A stretch of 64,000 nt of DNA, from the NCBI GenBank assembly GCA_036172245.1, contig JAYWIR010000061.1, positions 124,001 to 188,000 on the forward strand, given 5' to 3'. Shown here piece after piece: positions 25,560 to 38,659 of this stretch (within the stretch, counting starts at the first letter, position 1; every line of letters begins with the position of its first letter). The notes under the pieces were generated by a model that saw only the letters and a list, made by a program, of their open reading frames with translations, was not told the origin of the DNA and ran no database searches. Position numbers and translations under genes: made by a program. The DNA comes from Raillietiella orientalis (Eukaryota).

Positions 25560-26480
25560 CTGAACTACATTCATTAAATAACGGTTGCCCAGTCCTTCCT
25601 TGAAAGAGGGATTCCTCCTCAGCTGTACCAACAGAAATGCTTCTGCGGGGGTGGAGCTTTCGCTTGAGGTAGCGATTCCACTTGAAGAACAGGATGCCGC
25701 ACCTCAGACGCAGTATCCTCACAGAAAGCTGATGACAGATCCCGCGATCCTTCGGGCAGTCAGCAAAAGTTGCGGTGCACCGTAAGATATGACGGAGGGC
25801 ACCCGCAAAACGGCTGCTGCAAGCTCTGCATCCCCGGTAAATAGCAGCAGCAAGAGCATTTGACGCTTTGCGTACTTCTCTGGTGGAAGGCCGCGTGTCG
25901 GTGGTCCTGCGAATCACTGCCGATGATGCCTGGCGCTGCAGATTTCCAACCACCAACCGTTCCAAAGCAAACGGTAGAAGTCTTTGGCGTTTGGCCGAAG
26001 CAAGCGGGAACGCTTCGTGCTTCCTGAATGAAAGCGCATCCAAAGAGGGAACCAGGCCTTCGTAATGTCTGTTTAATTTTTTTTTTTTGAAGCAGAACGT
26101 GATTGCCTGATGGTGCGTTTGATCCGTCGACAAAAGGGCCGCAAGGAACAAAACAAGGTCAGGGGATTTGAGAGCTTTGATAAAGACCTTCGAGGGAGGT
26201 TGCACAGTGTGATTGTTAAGATGGCATTCGGTTATCCGTTTGCATGCTTTGCATCTGCTTTCTGATACAAAGTAACCGGCGTCCACGCTGCTTCTCGTAT
26301 CCACGCAACAAGTTGTGCCGCTGCGGTCTGAAATCGGACCACTCCTGTCGTCGGCAATCCTCATCTCACGACCAACCAGGAAGCAAGGATGCTGCTTACT
26401 CGACGTTTCCTGTGGTCTGTGGTTCCCTGGCCTCTCCGATGACCGGATGATCCGCAACCTTCTTCAGGTAGATTAAACAA
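25560..26480 (-). pseudogene. SNX9-like PX-BAR relic
   Basis: 'YLKKVADHPVIG' (PX C-terminal helix motif) at about 26435-26470; shares a 31-nt identity with 28549-28579. Confidence 0.55.
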
Positions 26481-26659
26481 AACAGGCTGCAAAAGACATT
26501 GATGTTGATGTTGCTGCTGCACGCAACAGTACTGTCTCGGCAAGGTCTTGTCGCAATCTTCGGACGCTGTTCGGTTCTTTTCCTCGTTCGAAATGAGCCA
26601 CGACCTGCTTTCTCACCCGCATGGTCCAGGGCGTTTATTCGAAACAACGGGGGGGTCGC

Positions 26660-27750
26660 GTCGGCGGCCGTGCGGCTGCAATGCTCTCCTCCGCGCGTGG
26701 CGGCGGACGTTGTGGTTTCAAATCCCACCCGGGAAAGGGTCGACGCCGAGAATGGGGTGTGCGTCGTGGGTTTCGAGTCCCCCCAGAAGGATGACACTAG
26801 TTGGCCTCGGTTCGCTTTGGGTTCGCCACTAGTGGAAGCCGGAAGCCCCAATGGAATGGCCGGGATCGGAAGTTGACTCTCCGGGGTCCTTACAGGACAT
26901 CAACGAGCCGGTTCCCTGCGAAGTTCTGCTCCAATAGTGAAACGGGAGCCCTCCATCGAGTACCATGAGGTGGTAGATTGATACCTCTCCAGAGAAATAT
27001 CAATAAGCGCTCTCTTCCCTCCGGGGAACGACCCTTCCGAGAAATTTAGTAGCATCCCTCCGGGGTCTTCTTCAGAGGATTAAACAAAAAAGAGGCGGTT
27101 CCCTTACTGGTTCCCTCTGGAGAGAAGATAGAGGATGACTTCCCCCCTCCGGGATACTCCTCCGGAAGGAATTAGCAAGAGGAGGTTTCCTCCAGGGTTC
27201 CTATTCAAGCGTGAGAGGACTCCTTCCAGACTCCTTCCTTTAGAGCCTTTCTGGATTCAAAGAATGGTCCCTCCGGGGTCACCTCCTAACTTGAAGAGTC
27301 AGCACGCTCCTTCGGGTGGGCGTGAATAGTGCTAAAGAGCTTCGTGAGCTCCTAGGCGAACGGTTTTTTAGTAATTAGAGAATCAAAAAAACAAAAAAAA
27401 CAATAAGCTCACAACAAAAACAGCAATGGTAGCACTGCTTATCCCACCAAGTTCAATGTACATAGTACCTGCCGGTACCTCGACAAATAAGATCGGGGAT
27501 TTGGAAACACCGAACGCCTGCATCTCCTGAGGGATGCCGGCAAGGATGCCTCCATCTGTGTGGCTCCCAGACGGAGCCATCTCGTCGCGATCTCCAAAAA
27601 GAGAATGGCGAAGCGGGTGGTCTCTCCATCGTGCTGGCCTCTTTCGGCGGTGTTCCAGTCAGTCCCAGTCTCGCCAAAGCAGTAGCAAAGAGCTGCTGGA
27701 AATGCAGCTAGAGGGAAGAAGGGCATCGCACATGAAGGGGCGCTTCAAAG
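26660..27750 (+). pseudogene. SNX9-like repeat 5' part, empty Tx1 target site
   Basis: 'VCVVGFESPQKDD' (SH3 start-like), two cactagt motifs near 26796 and 26827 with no insertion, 'RFPAKF' near 26910, then linker and A-rich Lys-coding tract. Confidence 0.55.
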
Positions 27751-27859
27751 CGTTCCCGGGGATGTCAAGTTGCAACGGGAGGGTGCACGTGTGAGGACGA
27801 TACGCGTGTAGTCTGTGTGACTCGAACTCGACTGACCAGGTTTGTCACTCCTTTGACCG

Positions 27860-28800
27860 TGACTACTCAAAAACTTGAGCTTCGTTTTTTTTCATTGTTC
27901 CCTATCCCTCCTTTCCCCATCGACAAAAGTGTTTTGTCTCCTGGAACCGAAGATGGACTGAAATGTTTCATATTCGAGGGCTTTCTGGTGGTCAGTGCCT
28001 TCGATGATGACTTTCTCGAGGTAACATTGTTGACTTCATGATGAAGGCAGTGTCTCTTTGTCTCGTGATGCGTTTCTCTCATCTTCTAAAGGAATCCCTC
28101 TTCTCTTGATGGAAAGAACCGATGCTCGGCGAACACGGAGCTTTTCAGTTCCCGATCTTCCTCTTCGAAAGCGATCCCTGGTTCAAAAAACACTGAGCCT
28201 TTGGAAACAATCCCTCGATTGCAACCAGAAGTAAGAGTTTTGGAAAGGAAGTTTTGGATGATCATGTTCCTGCAGTTCCTGAAAGAGGTGAGGAAAAAGA
28301 CTCTACTTGTCATCAACAATGACGTGAAGAAATTCGCTAAACGTCTCCGCTTACAGATGGTGATCATCCACATGTGTGACTCCTGGTACCTCGTCATCAC
28401 CCGAAAGCTCTCGCTTGGTAACCGGGTCGCTTGGACATCCAAAGTCACCTCCGGTGATATGTGCCACTGAAACCTGAAGTATCCACAGACCCTCTTTGTC
28501 GGCTCTGATCCAACATTGCATCAGAACTCATTCCTGGGGGTACGACCGTCTCCGATGACCGGATGATCCGCAACCTTCTCCTGAGACCGCTGGGCGAACA
28601 TGTCCGCAATGGCAGGCAGAGGAACGCGGAGCGCTCCGAAAACGAGGCGAGAAACGGGACCAGGTCACGTGGCTCAACACGATGAGCTTTAGCGAGTATT
28701 TCTCGGAGCAAAGGGGAGATAGGTGGAGCGTTTCCGAGAGGGGAGACAGTGGAACCAAGGACTACGGGCGCCTTCAGCTATGCAACCTGCTCAAAACCGT
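27860..28800 (-). pseudogene. SNX9/18/33-like PX-BAR relic
   Basis: 'LSPLCSEKYSL..SRFSPRF' and 'KVADHPVIG', then ORF 28086-28448 with 'KRRRLANFF' and 'GSVFFEPGIAFEEED' (cf. SNX18 'GQSFRGLSQAFELD'). Confidence 0.65.
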
Positions 28801-28885
28801 GCCGACGGGATGCCTGAACCCGTGACGTCCGCCCGTGCTTCGAGGAAGCGCCGAAGGCAAGCCGAAAACCGGATGATCAGTCAAC

Positions 28886-29013
28886 GCCACAGAGATGAGC
28901 CAAAGACACGGAGATGAGTCAAAGACGTCTTTGGACGTCGGAGATGAACCGATATGATGACCAGTGAACAACACGGAGATCAACTAACACGGAGATGAGC
29001 CGATATGATGATC
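28886..29013 (+). repeat. Degenerate minisatellite, core cacggagatgagc
   Basis: Five imperfect copies of (ca)cggagatga and two of cgatatgatga. Confidence 0.7.
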
Positions 29014-30024
29014 ATCTAAGAGAATTCTAAGAGAAACAATCTCACTGATTGCTCTTTTTTCCTACCAAAATGCTCAGATGACTGAAGAACGAGGACGAGG
29101 CCGGAGACACGCTTCTAGCGCTCCCGTCCATCCGCAGAAAAACGGGACAATGGACTTTCACCATTCAATTTCCCATGTTCCTGACTCCTTGTTCTCTCAG
29201 GAAGAACCCGGGTGCATCATTCAGGCAGTCCCTCCGATTCCTGAGGGAGGGAGACGAGATTCGCAGGAGAGCTTGTCCCGTAAACAAACAGCCGGGGACG
29301 TCCTGCGTCCCGAAACAATTCGGTTGATGAACGCCTGTCCCTTCCATTGAGGCGGCGGGGCCAAGCACGTACGCAGGGTGCCCCTCGTCCTTCAGGGCAT
29401 TCTTCTAGCCGATTCAAAGGGAACTACCTTCCGGGCGGCAGCGGAATCTCAGATTTCCACGCAGTAGCAGCACTCCGCTCCATCAACCCCGAACAGAAGA
29501 GCTCAGGATTTGGCGAATCGCCTTTTCACCCGGAGAAGATCCATAGCCTCTGGACATTGGAAGAAGCTAACTGGTTCGTTTGTTTGTTTTGCTAAAAAAG
29601 AAAAGACAAGACAAGGAAAGAAGGGAAGAAATCCACAGCTTCCGTAGCCGTTCTTGAGGACACTGGACTTGGGCGCTGAACAAGTGATGGCGCCAACTGG
29701 CAGACTGAGAAGGCTGCCTGGTCTCGAATCGCTTTTCGGTCATCTCGATCAATCCAAAGGAGTTGGCAGGAGTTGTCTCAGGCACGAGGTGCCAAGGTGC
29801 AGACTGTAGCGATCTCTTGCAGCCAGTCCAGGCGGTCTGCCAGAGAACAAACCACACTCTGCATCTCCAGAGGCGCGCGGTTTCCAATCAGGCATGGCTT
29901 GAGGATCAGTCAGTGAGAGCACTATCATAGCGAGAGGATGCTTCCAGCTTCATTCTGGAGCTCATTTCCTGCTACCGAGATGATCCCCTCTGCGTGTAGG
30001 CTGCCTTAGGGAAATCCGCTTTGG

Positions 30025-30953
30025 CAACCATGTGGCTACGGTCTCTGCGCGTGGTATCAGGCGTGGATCGACGCCGAGAAGCGGGTGCGTTGTGGGTTCG
30101 TGTTTCCCCGCAAGATGACACGCTGATTGGCCTCGGTTGGCTTCGGGTGTGGCTCTGGTAAAAGCTGGATGCCTCTGTTGACTGGCCGGGATTTGAAGTT
30201 GAACCTTTGGGGTCCTTCCGCTGCATCAACCAACTGGCAACATGGGCCAGTTTCCTTCGGGATTCCCCTCCGGTTGTGGAAATCGAGCCTTCCATCGAGT
30301 ACCACGGAGCTGGTGGATACCTTTTTTGGGAGTTGCGTTTCCAGATTATGAAGAAGCGCGCTGCTCCCTTTGGGGAGCGGACCCTTCAGAGAAATCTGGA
30401 AGCGTCCCTTCGGGGTTCTCTTCAGAAGAGAGAGAAGCAAGGAGACTTTCCCTTGTGAGCTCCCTCCAGAGAAGAAATTCCGAGAGCGGATCCTTTCCAG
30501 GTTTTCTCTGGAGAAAAATAAGGAGTGGTCACCTCCATGGGATCCCTCCGGAGAGAATGAAAAAGGGGTTCTCTTCAGAGTTTCCTTCCAAGTTGACTAC
30601 TACCTCCGGGGCTCTTCCTGGATTCATAGGGTGGTCCCCGCGGGGTTATCCCTTGACATGAAGATTTTTACAAACCCTTAGATAGCATGGACAGTCTACA
30701 AAGAGACTTCGTGAATCCCCCTCCAAGGAAGCGAACGGTTCTTCGGCACTCGAAGAACCAAAGAAGAAGAAAAAAAAAGGGCCGCAAGCGCGAGGAGCCG
30801 CAGCACCATTTCCGCTTCCTTGCGGTCAAGCAGCGTTCATGTTCTTCCGTCTTTTCCTTGGAGGAATTCACGCGTCACCTTCGGGCCAAGAAGGATGCAC
30901 ACGGAGGGATTGAACAGCTGCACAAGGGAGTCAAACCTCCCAGCAACCTCTAA
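30025..30953 (+). pseudogene. SNX9-like repeat 5' part (SH3-linker-PX start), empty Tx1 target site
   Basis: Head continues directly into body. 'TGNMGQFPSGF' (SH3 GxFP motif) near 30233-30265, and ORF 30687-30953 ends 'GIEQLHKGVK' (cf. PX FxxLHxxL). Confidence 0.55.
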
Positions 30954-32239
30954 ACCTTCTTCAGCAGCCGGAAGCAGAAGAAGGAAACGGAGGCATGCCA
31001 GGAAGATCCAGGGTGGCAGGAGGCTCTCCAGCTTCCCTGCTGCTTCCCCGGAAGTGACTAGCTCGAGGCGGAGTACCACGTTCATCCGGCGCGACCACTT
31101 CCCTCCTTTCCCTGTAGCAATCGAGGTCTCCTCGAATCCTCACGGGTTGCTTCCGGTAGCGTGGACGTTGCCATGGAATCCGGCCGAAGGGCATGTCCCG
31201 AGGGGCAAACCGCCACACATCCGTGGGTGAATGACGTATGGCACGCCGATCGCTTTCTCGGTCTCGCTGCTGCATGTCTCCCCTGACCCGGGCTCGGAGG
31301 GAAGGATCGCAGAGAGGAGCGTCCTGCGGGCACTCCTCTGCAGATGGAGCAGTTCTGGTCCATTGGCGACGAGAGATGCGACTAGGTGGAGGAGGCACGG
31401 CGAAGAAGGCCCGAGGGCAGCTCGTGGTCTTGGGAAGAGGATGCCTTCCTTCTTGAGGATTTCTCCTCCTCATCACCTGTATCTTCCATCCTACCGCACA
31501 TCGTCTTGAGCTTCCGGTTTCCGTTTCCCTGCCTGCTCCTGATTTTTCGTCTTCACAGATGCAGAAATCGCAAAGGTCCTTCCTTCTTTCGCGTTGATGG
31601 ATCATATGCCGTCAGAGAGGTCCACGCGCACTCACGCCACTGCCGGAAGTTTCCGCAGATGGTCCCCAGAGCACTAGAGCTGCGAAAAGTTCCCCTGGTT
31701 CCTGGATCCCTCGTGGGGCTTGGACGGACGCAGACCGACCCTCTGCAGCTACGCCGGAGTGCGCCCTTACCAGGCCGTGCATTGCAGTCCGCTCACCTGA
31801 GAGCCTTTGGTGGATCGAAGGAGGAGTCCTGACAGGTCCCGGAGAAGGAGATCCTCTCCTCGAGGCTTTTTTCTCAGGAGATTCCCGTAGGGGACATTGA
31901 CGCCGGTGCTCGAACGAGGAAGTTTGAGCGCTGCCAGGATCTGGCGAGAGAGGCGAAGCGGCAGGAGCGCCAGCGGAGGAAAAGATGAGTCAGGGAAGTG
32001 ACCCAAGCGAAGGAATGGCTCTTCCCCTCAGAGCCAAGAAAAGAGATATGCGCGGGCGCACTTGGACCTGCTCCAGGCGATTGGCTTACCGACTAGCTGA
32101 AGGATAAACCTGGAAGAGCGTCCGCCTTGCCGGGCAGGACGTTCCCTGTTCCGTGCTTCCAGAGGAAGCTCCTAGGACCACCTCATGACGCACAGTAGTG
32201 GCAGTGCTAACGCCCAGGTGACCCTAAAGGTTAGGGGTT

Positions 32240-33010
32240 CAGTGCATGTGCCGACCACGGTTTTTTTTTTTTTTTCGTGAGGTCGAAGGTCAGAAAGTCA
32301 CCTCTGGTTGCCTCTCAGGAACCAGCCGGAGCATCTCCCAGCGGCTCACCACGACCCCCAAGGGGAAGCCCATTCCCCCTCGGAGCTCTCCTTTTCCCCC
32401 CTTCCGCACTGTACCCCGAACCTCCGCTCATCCGGGGCTGAGAGGTGCCGGCAGCGAGATGATTCTTGAAGCGAGGAGCAGTCGCGCGCTAATCTTCCCC
32501 GATCGCGTGCACCCCCTGAGGCAAGCGATCTGGAGATTGAGACGCAGATGTTGGCAGATTACCCAACTTCCTCCCTTCCTCTTTTCTTCACCTCCGTCCA
32601 TGACTGGAGTGCGTGGTTTAAGCAGACTGAGCAGGTCACTCCCAGAACCATCCTATCAACCAACAAACCTTAGGCGGCAGTCTCTCCCCCGAGAATCGTT
32701 TCCATGAAGATTCTGCAAGGTTGGATGGATCTGGTGTGTAAAAAAAGTTGCCCTCCCCGCGCTACGAACCGCATCCTCATTCTTGTACTTTCTGCAAAAC
32801 TCCAATCTCGCCGTCCATGGAATCCTCGAGTGCGCGTCCCTCGTGGACTTTGACCTGAAGGCAGCTTCCGCCCATAGGGATGGAGACCTGGGATGAAAAC
32901 AAGGCGACCCCGTCTGGCTGGTTCCTGAGAGGCAATCGGAGGAGGTACCTTTCTGACCTTCGACCACACGAAAAGAAAAAAAGAAAAACGGGGTCGGCAC
33001 GCGCGCACTG
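32240..33010. repeat. Imperfect inverted repeat, arms 32240-32327 and 32916-33010
   Basis: Both arms read cagtgc..gtgccgacc..cg-T-tract-cgtg.ggtcgaaggtcagaaag..cacct/tacct..ttgcctctcaggaaccagcc. Confidence 0.85.
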
Positions 33011-33399
33011 CACCACTTCGACCTCTTCCAGGTTTGTTCTTCAGGAGATCTCAGAAGAATCTCCAGGAGAACAACTCGACCGTCGGGAAACCAACATGTC
33101 CTGAAGGAGGTGCGAGCACGTTGCAGGACCTGTCCTCAACCGTCCGAACTCGTGCTTTTCATCCGCAACGCGGACAGAAGGCACCTTCCATCTTCGAAGG
33201 TGTTCACAGGGATGAAAAGGGGTAAGGAGGAGATCTGATGGCGACTCGGGGAGCTTCCGAACCCGGGCGCAAGTCGCCAGCGAAATTTTCTTCCCGTCCG
33301 TTTCGTTTTGAGCCGGACTGGATAGGGAAAAAGCGGATCGCGGCTGGATCGAAAGGCACTGGAGGTTATTAGGGAGGTCGGCGGATGCTTCATGGGATC

Positions 33400-34650
33400 C
33401 CCGTGGCTGAGATAAAAAAAGCAAAATAAGCCGTCTAATGCGACCACAGATCCTCGTGACCTTGGAATTCACCACCACTCTTTCTCCCTTCCGTGTTGAC
33501 CGACTTCATGTTCTCATGCACCTCGCCTTCTCATGACCTCGTGATGAATTCTTGGAGGCTGGCGGTCCAGGACTCGCCCTTCTGGTGCGTTCTCAGAGGT
33601 AAGTGAGGTAGGATCACGCGGGCTGCTCTCGAGTCGATGGTTGCCTGCTCCACTGGAAGATCAGCGCTTTCCGAGTGACTCGAGCTTGCTCTCTGGGAAG
33701 CTCTCCAGGGCCCACGGGATGGAAGACCTCCGGGTGCTTCGACTCTTGTGGGCTTGGTCCCTGGTGGCTCTCTTCCTTCGGACGATGTGTGTATTGCTGT
33801 TCCGACTTTCCTGACGCGAAAGAGAGCAAAGAAGGACAGCATGAGCTCTCCTCAGGGGCCTTCTTCGCGCATCCCTTTCCCTGGATCGCAGTCCTATTCG
33901 TTTCAGCCCCCGCCCCCCTCCGCATCGCAGGGCCATCCCGCTTGTTTGCAGGAACTCGGATCGCAACTCGCTTCGGGGGTGCTTCGAGGGATCTCGGATG
34001 GGTTCGTTCCGCAGGAAACGGGAAGCTGACCAGATCTTCACTTCGTCAAGCATTGGCGCCCCCTTGAAGGCGAGCACTCAGGAACAAGGTTGCTGATCTG
34101 CTCCAGCCTTCGTTGGATCGGAGCGTGGGAGAATTCTGGGGAACCGTTCCGCTGCCTAATTCAGGAGGCAGTCTTCTTTGGAACGTTAGACGGCGCTGTA
34201 AAGATTCCCGTTTTGGCAGATCCTCCAGCTTTCCTTTCTTCGAAGGGAGCAGCTCGTTGCTTCCTGCGCTGGACAGCGATTCTCAGATCGCCCGCTTCCC
34301 GGAGATGTCGAGCCCATCCCGATGCACGGAGAAGCAGGCAACGGATATGTTCTTCAGAAAGTGATGCGACCAGCTGCCGGAAGTTCCTCCTTGAGAGCTT
34401 CCCGACCGTCTTCGTTCGACGGTGTGCAGGTGCTCGTACCAATAATTTGATAACGTCTGGAAGATAGCAGACTCAGTGAGCAGGCGATCCTCTTAGCGAT
34501 GCACTTCGGTCCAGGTTTCTGATCCTCGGAGAAACTCAGCACCTGCACTCCGCTGATGAGAGCGTCCCTCTAGTTTCGCGGATCTCCCACGAGGAAATCT
34601 TTCGTCCAATTCTGCTGGCGCAGATGTTCCCTAAACTCTAGTCCGGCTGT
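33400..34650 (-). mobile_element. L1/Tx1-like post-RT and finger relic
   Basis: 'LSSRRYQII' and 'EERKAGGSAKTGIF' (cf. PKxxGGLG), and 'GCAKKAPEE/HAVLLC' near 33825-33880. Confidence 0.45.
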
Positions 34651-36099
34651 GTCCGGAAAACAGAGATGGCGTTCCGTCCTTCCCAGAGGCTGGCGTTCCG
34701 CAGCTCTCCTCCGCCTCCTACCCTTTGTTTTCCCTCTCCCCAGAGAGAAGAATTGGACAAATGACCTTCTCAGAATTGCTCTTTGGGGTAAGCGAAGGTC
34801 CTGAGTCCAGCTGAGGGAATTGTGTGCTCCGAGCCGGGATGGCTACCTGGGTCTCCTGACGCTGGAGCGAATGGAGACCCAGCTGCGATGAAAAACAGCC
34901 ATCGCAGCGAAGTATCGGAGCGCTCCCTGGCTCGTTCCCACACGCTTCCTCGCCAGCCATCCTGTGCGGAAGGAATTTCCTCCTTCCTTTCTTGCCACGG
35001 CCGGAAGGTGAAAAGATGCGGTCTCCACCTCGGACTCATGGCCACCCTGGCGAAGGAAAACCGTTGGATGGCCTGCTGCCCCGTGAACTCTAGCCGATGG
35101 TTAGAAGAAACTGTTGGCACGTGGGAAAAGCTCAAAGAGCGCAGCTCGAATAGGTGGAACTGCCTGCGACTCGGCATCCACGCCCATTGCTCTCTGCAGA
35201 ATATCCTAGAGGGTCTCAGTGTGAGCGCATGGGTGAAGCTGATCCCTGCAGAGCTGCTTCCCTCCCTAAAGGAGGCTAATGGTAGCGATGAAGTGGAATG
35301 TCTCTTGAGAGAGCGCGGACAGGAGGAAAAGAATTAGTGGCTGGACCACGGGGCAGCTGACCCACTCTGAGATCCCAAGTGCCCTTCCACGTGGAATTGC
35401 ACACTGGTGCGAGCTGCTCGGCATTCTCAGCGAAGTCCTGAAGTACCCTCAGAGTTTGAGGGCAGCAGCGCTCTTTTCCTGAAGTGACAGGAGTCGGCAC
35501 TTTTTCTGTTGCACTGGGGGTCTTCTCTGCAACGCTCGCCGTTGCCACTGGAGATGAGGGAGTGCGATCCTGGACTGTCGCAGGTGCAGGGAACAGGAAT
35601 CCTTCCTTCTCCCACTCGTGTGCCGCCTTGCCCTTAGGTCCCTTTGGGAACGTCTTGGAACATTCCCTCGGATCCTGATGGGCAACCCCAGGGACGTACC
35701 GAAGCACCTCTCCGCTCGTGGTGCACCGCTGTCAGCAGCATCCTTAGCAGCTGTTTGCTGACACCGCGGGATAGTGGCGTCTCGGAGAGTTGTTACAAGA
35801 GTGCTCCACAGCCTCTTTGGGAGCGTTTTGGGATGACGCTACGGATCCCTGCTGTCAACTTCAGGCATGTTTCAAAACTCCTGTTCATTCGGAATGCCTT
35901 ACCACCAGCTGCAGCCTTAGCAGCTCTTTGCTGCATCTGCGGGATTGTGGAGGCTTGGAGCGATGCTAAAGAAGGACCTTATAAGAGGGACGCCATCGAG
36001 TATACACTTTGTTTTCTGTGAATAGCAGCAAGTTATGGCCTTACCTGGGTGCTATCCAGAGGGACTAGCTGATATTCTGGAAAGGGTGCAGAGGACTCC

Positions 36100-37830
36100 T
36101 TGCAGCAGGCAGTGATTCCTTCCCTATCCCCAGTTTTATTTGTTTTTTCTCGTATTTCATGAACGTTATTTTATTTCTACCTCCCCTCCGCTGCCGAGGT
36201 GAATCACGCCGGTCTGCAAACCGACAACCAGCCGGTCCACAGTCGAATTGAGCGTGGTAGGACCACGTGTGTCCTACCACAAATTGTGAGTTTATTGTGA
36301 ATTTTAATAAACGCCCCCGCGTGACCTGGTGGCAGCCAGGTCTCCTCTCATTCGCGATCCTTCCCGGATGCGAGGCATGCAGCACGTGCGATGAGCTCCC
36401 TTCTTCGGCCGAATGGAAAGTGCGGCGGGCAAAGATCTGCCTTGCAGTCACTGGCCACGAGAACAGCGGTGGATCAAGTGTGTTGAAAAGGATGCGCTGT
36501 TGCCCATGCTTGCGAAAACCTGCACCCATCTGCCCTTCCGGAAACATCCCGGAAGCACGTCCTGCTGAGAGGCTTCTGCAGGAGGGAAACTGAATCCTTT
36601 CTAGACCAAACTCTGCTCTGACCCTTTAGGTACCTCGCTGAGAAAGACGGAAGGATGCGATTGATGACCACTGATGTAACCTTCTTCGAAAGCATAGGAA
36701 ACGTCGTTCACTGCGACAAGGGTGGTTCTTGTTCTGTGGACTTCCACGGACTCACTCTGTGTGAGAAGCGCTCGACTGCCTCATAAAAGGACCTCTCGTG
36801 TGCCTCCTTGGTGCCGTATGCCGCGACATCCTTCTTCGGGAGCAGGAGCTGTCTGCTCCATTCCGATGACACCGCCACATGCCTCACCTATCCAGAAGGG
36901 TGCCGCAGAAGAAAACTGCGTTTACAAGATGCTTCTAGTTCTAGTCTCAGCTGAGATGAGGACGGTCTCCTACGCCGAAGTCATGTGCTTTTCTTCCCCT
37001 TTTGCAATCCTGGATTGCGGCAAGATGGTCAGCAAGCTTGCCCTTCCGGGGACAGGAACGGACCCTGAATGATGCCTGCATTTCTAAGTGCTCCCTTGAA
37101 GGGCCTAATGAGGAGCCTTGGGCGCAACCGTGGGGACGCGTTCCTGCGGGAGCGGAGCTTTCATTCCCTTCGGCGTGACGCAGATCGAAAAGGCTTCGCT
37201 CCCTCCCAACTCGAATCCGGGACCCCTATAGATGCCTCCCCGTTTGCGCAGTTTGCGCCCTATAAACCGTGCTTTTTGTATGAGCGTCTTCTCCGACGTG
37301 GAGAAAGCTATTTTGAGCAGTTGGGATCTCATGCTCGTTCCCAAGGAGATTGTTCTTCTGAAACCCCACATTTTCTCTCTGCTGATCGTCAAAGCTAAAC
37401 AGAGCACTTGTTAAAACAAGGTCTTAAGGGAAGGAGGAGACGGGGGGCAACAAAAAGAAAGAAGGAACTTTCTGGGAACATTTGTAAACAAACACGAAGT
37501 CTGCACGCTGTCATTTTCCATGGAACCAGAATTTATGAACCAGCAGTTTTCATTCCGCCAGAGATCCTGCGCCGCACCCGGACGCGCGCGATGCTGGATC
37601 GCTCGCTCGCGCAGCCATCGCTCGAGGAAGCCAGCAGCGTGGATCGTGATGCAGAGGTGCTTTCGTGCCACTCGCGGAGCAAGCGGTGACCTCGTGCGAG
37701 ACGCCACCCCTTTGATGAGCTGGGGTCATCCTTCGCCGAAGGAAATCCTCCGACCGGTCTTGTCGAGCTACGAAGGGGCCCCGCGATCGAGTGTGTGTCC
37801 CCCGAAGAGCAACGCCATCATCCCATAATA
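36100..37830 (-). mobile_element. L1/Tx1-like RT to 3' end relic
   Basis: Degenerate RT motifs at 37400-37800, and 'NTLDPPLFSWPV' (cf. ETxxHLLFxCP) near 36450-36485. Confidence 0.4.
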
Positions 37831-38600
37831 AACTAATTAGGATCGATTCTGGCGGATGCTTCTTCATCCGATGAACTTTTAACAGCAGGGCTCCTCTGGA
37901 ACGAAACGATCCTCCCGAATCCAAATCCGTATCTGCCGACGAACTCAGCAAATTTAGAGTTTCGGGTTTACATGTGAAGTTAGATTTGATTTGTGCGTCC
38001 TTGGCATTCCTCTTTAGTAGTGGTTTCCGGATATGCACGAAGCTTTCATGGACCGCGTGCCGCCATCTAGGTAAAGTGGCGCGAACTAATTTCTCCCCAA
38101 AGCGAAATCAGCTGGCAATTGTGGACAATTTGTTGGAAAGGGAACGAAGCTCTGCTCGACTACTCTGACACTTTGATTCGAGTGATTTCTCAGTAGAATC
38201 AGAATCCACGAATTCGTCCGAAATTGCACTTTAAAAGGGTGGAAAGAATCTGCAATCTGCTGGTTGTCCCAGACAAGGGAATCGTTCTTTCTTTGTGTTC
38301 CCGCACGCAGCCGTTGCACGTAAAAGCACTGATTGAGGATTTCGACATGAAGACGCAAATCATTTTTTGGAACTTTCCACAACAGGGACTTTATTCGATT
38401 CTTTTATTAGACACAATGATTGCTCTCGTGAATTCTCTTGTACTCGCTTTAGGGAAAAGATAAAAAACAGCATTGCATACCCAAACCAATTAACGGGCAT
38501 TCAAATGAATGGGGTGTGTAGCACAATGCATCGAATAAAGGAAAAAAAACCAGCAGGAAATTGGATTTCCTTTGTTCAAGAGTACTAGTAACACATTTAA
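37830..38600 (-). mobile_element. Possible Tc1/mariner transposase relic (AT-rich insert)
   Basis: Sharp drop in GC content, and 'IRKPLLKRNAKDAQIK' resembling Tc1 'RKKPLL...RL.FA'. No TIRs identified. Confidence 0.28.
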
Positions 38601-38659
38601 GGATTAATCTCAGAGCGTTGTTATATCCTGAATAACATCTCTAAATTATTTAATAGCGC

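Noticed and set aside
27860..28800. Phospholipase D (PX-PH) origin for the repeats
   Set aside because: No HKD or other PLD catalytic motif; the SH3 and BAR motifs fit SNX9/18/33 better.
28886..29013. CRISPR-like array
   Set aside because: Units are short and irregular, there are no cas genes, and the context is eukaryotic.
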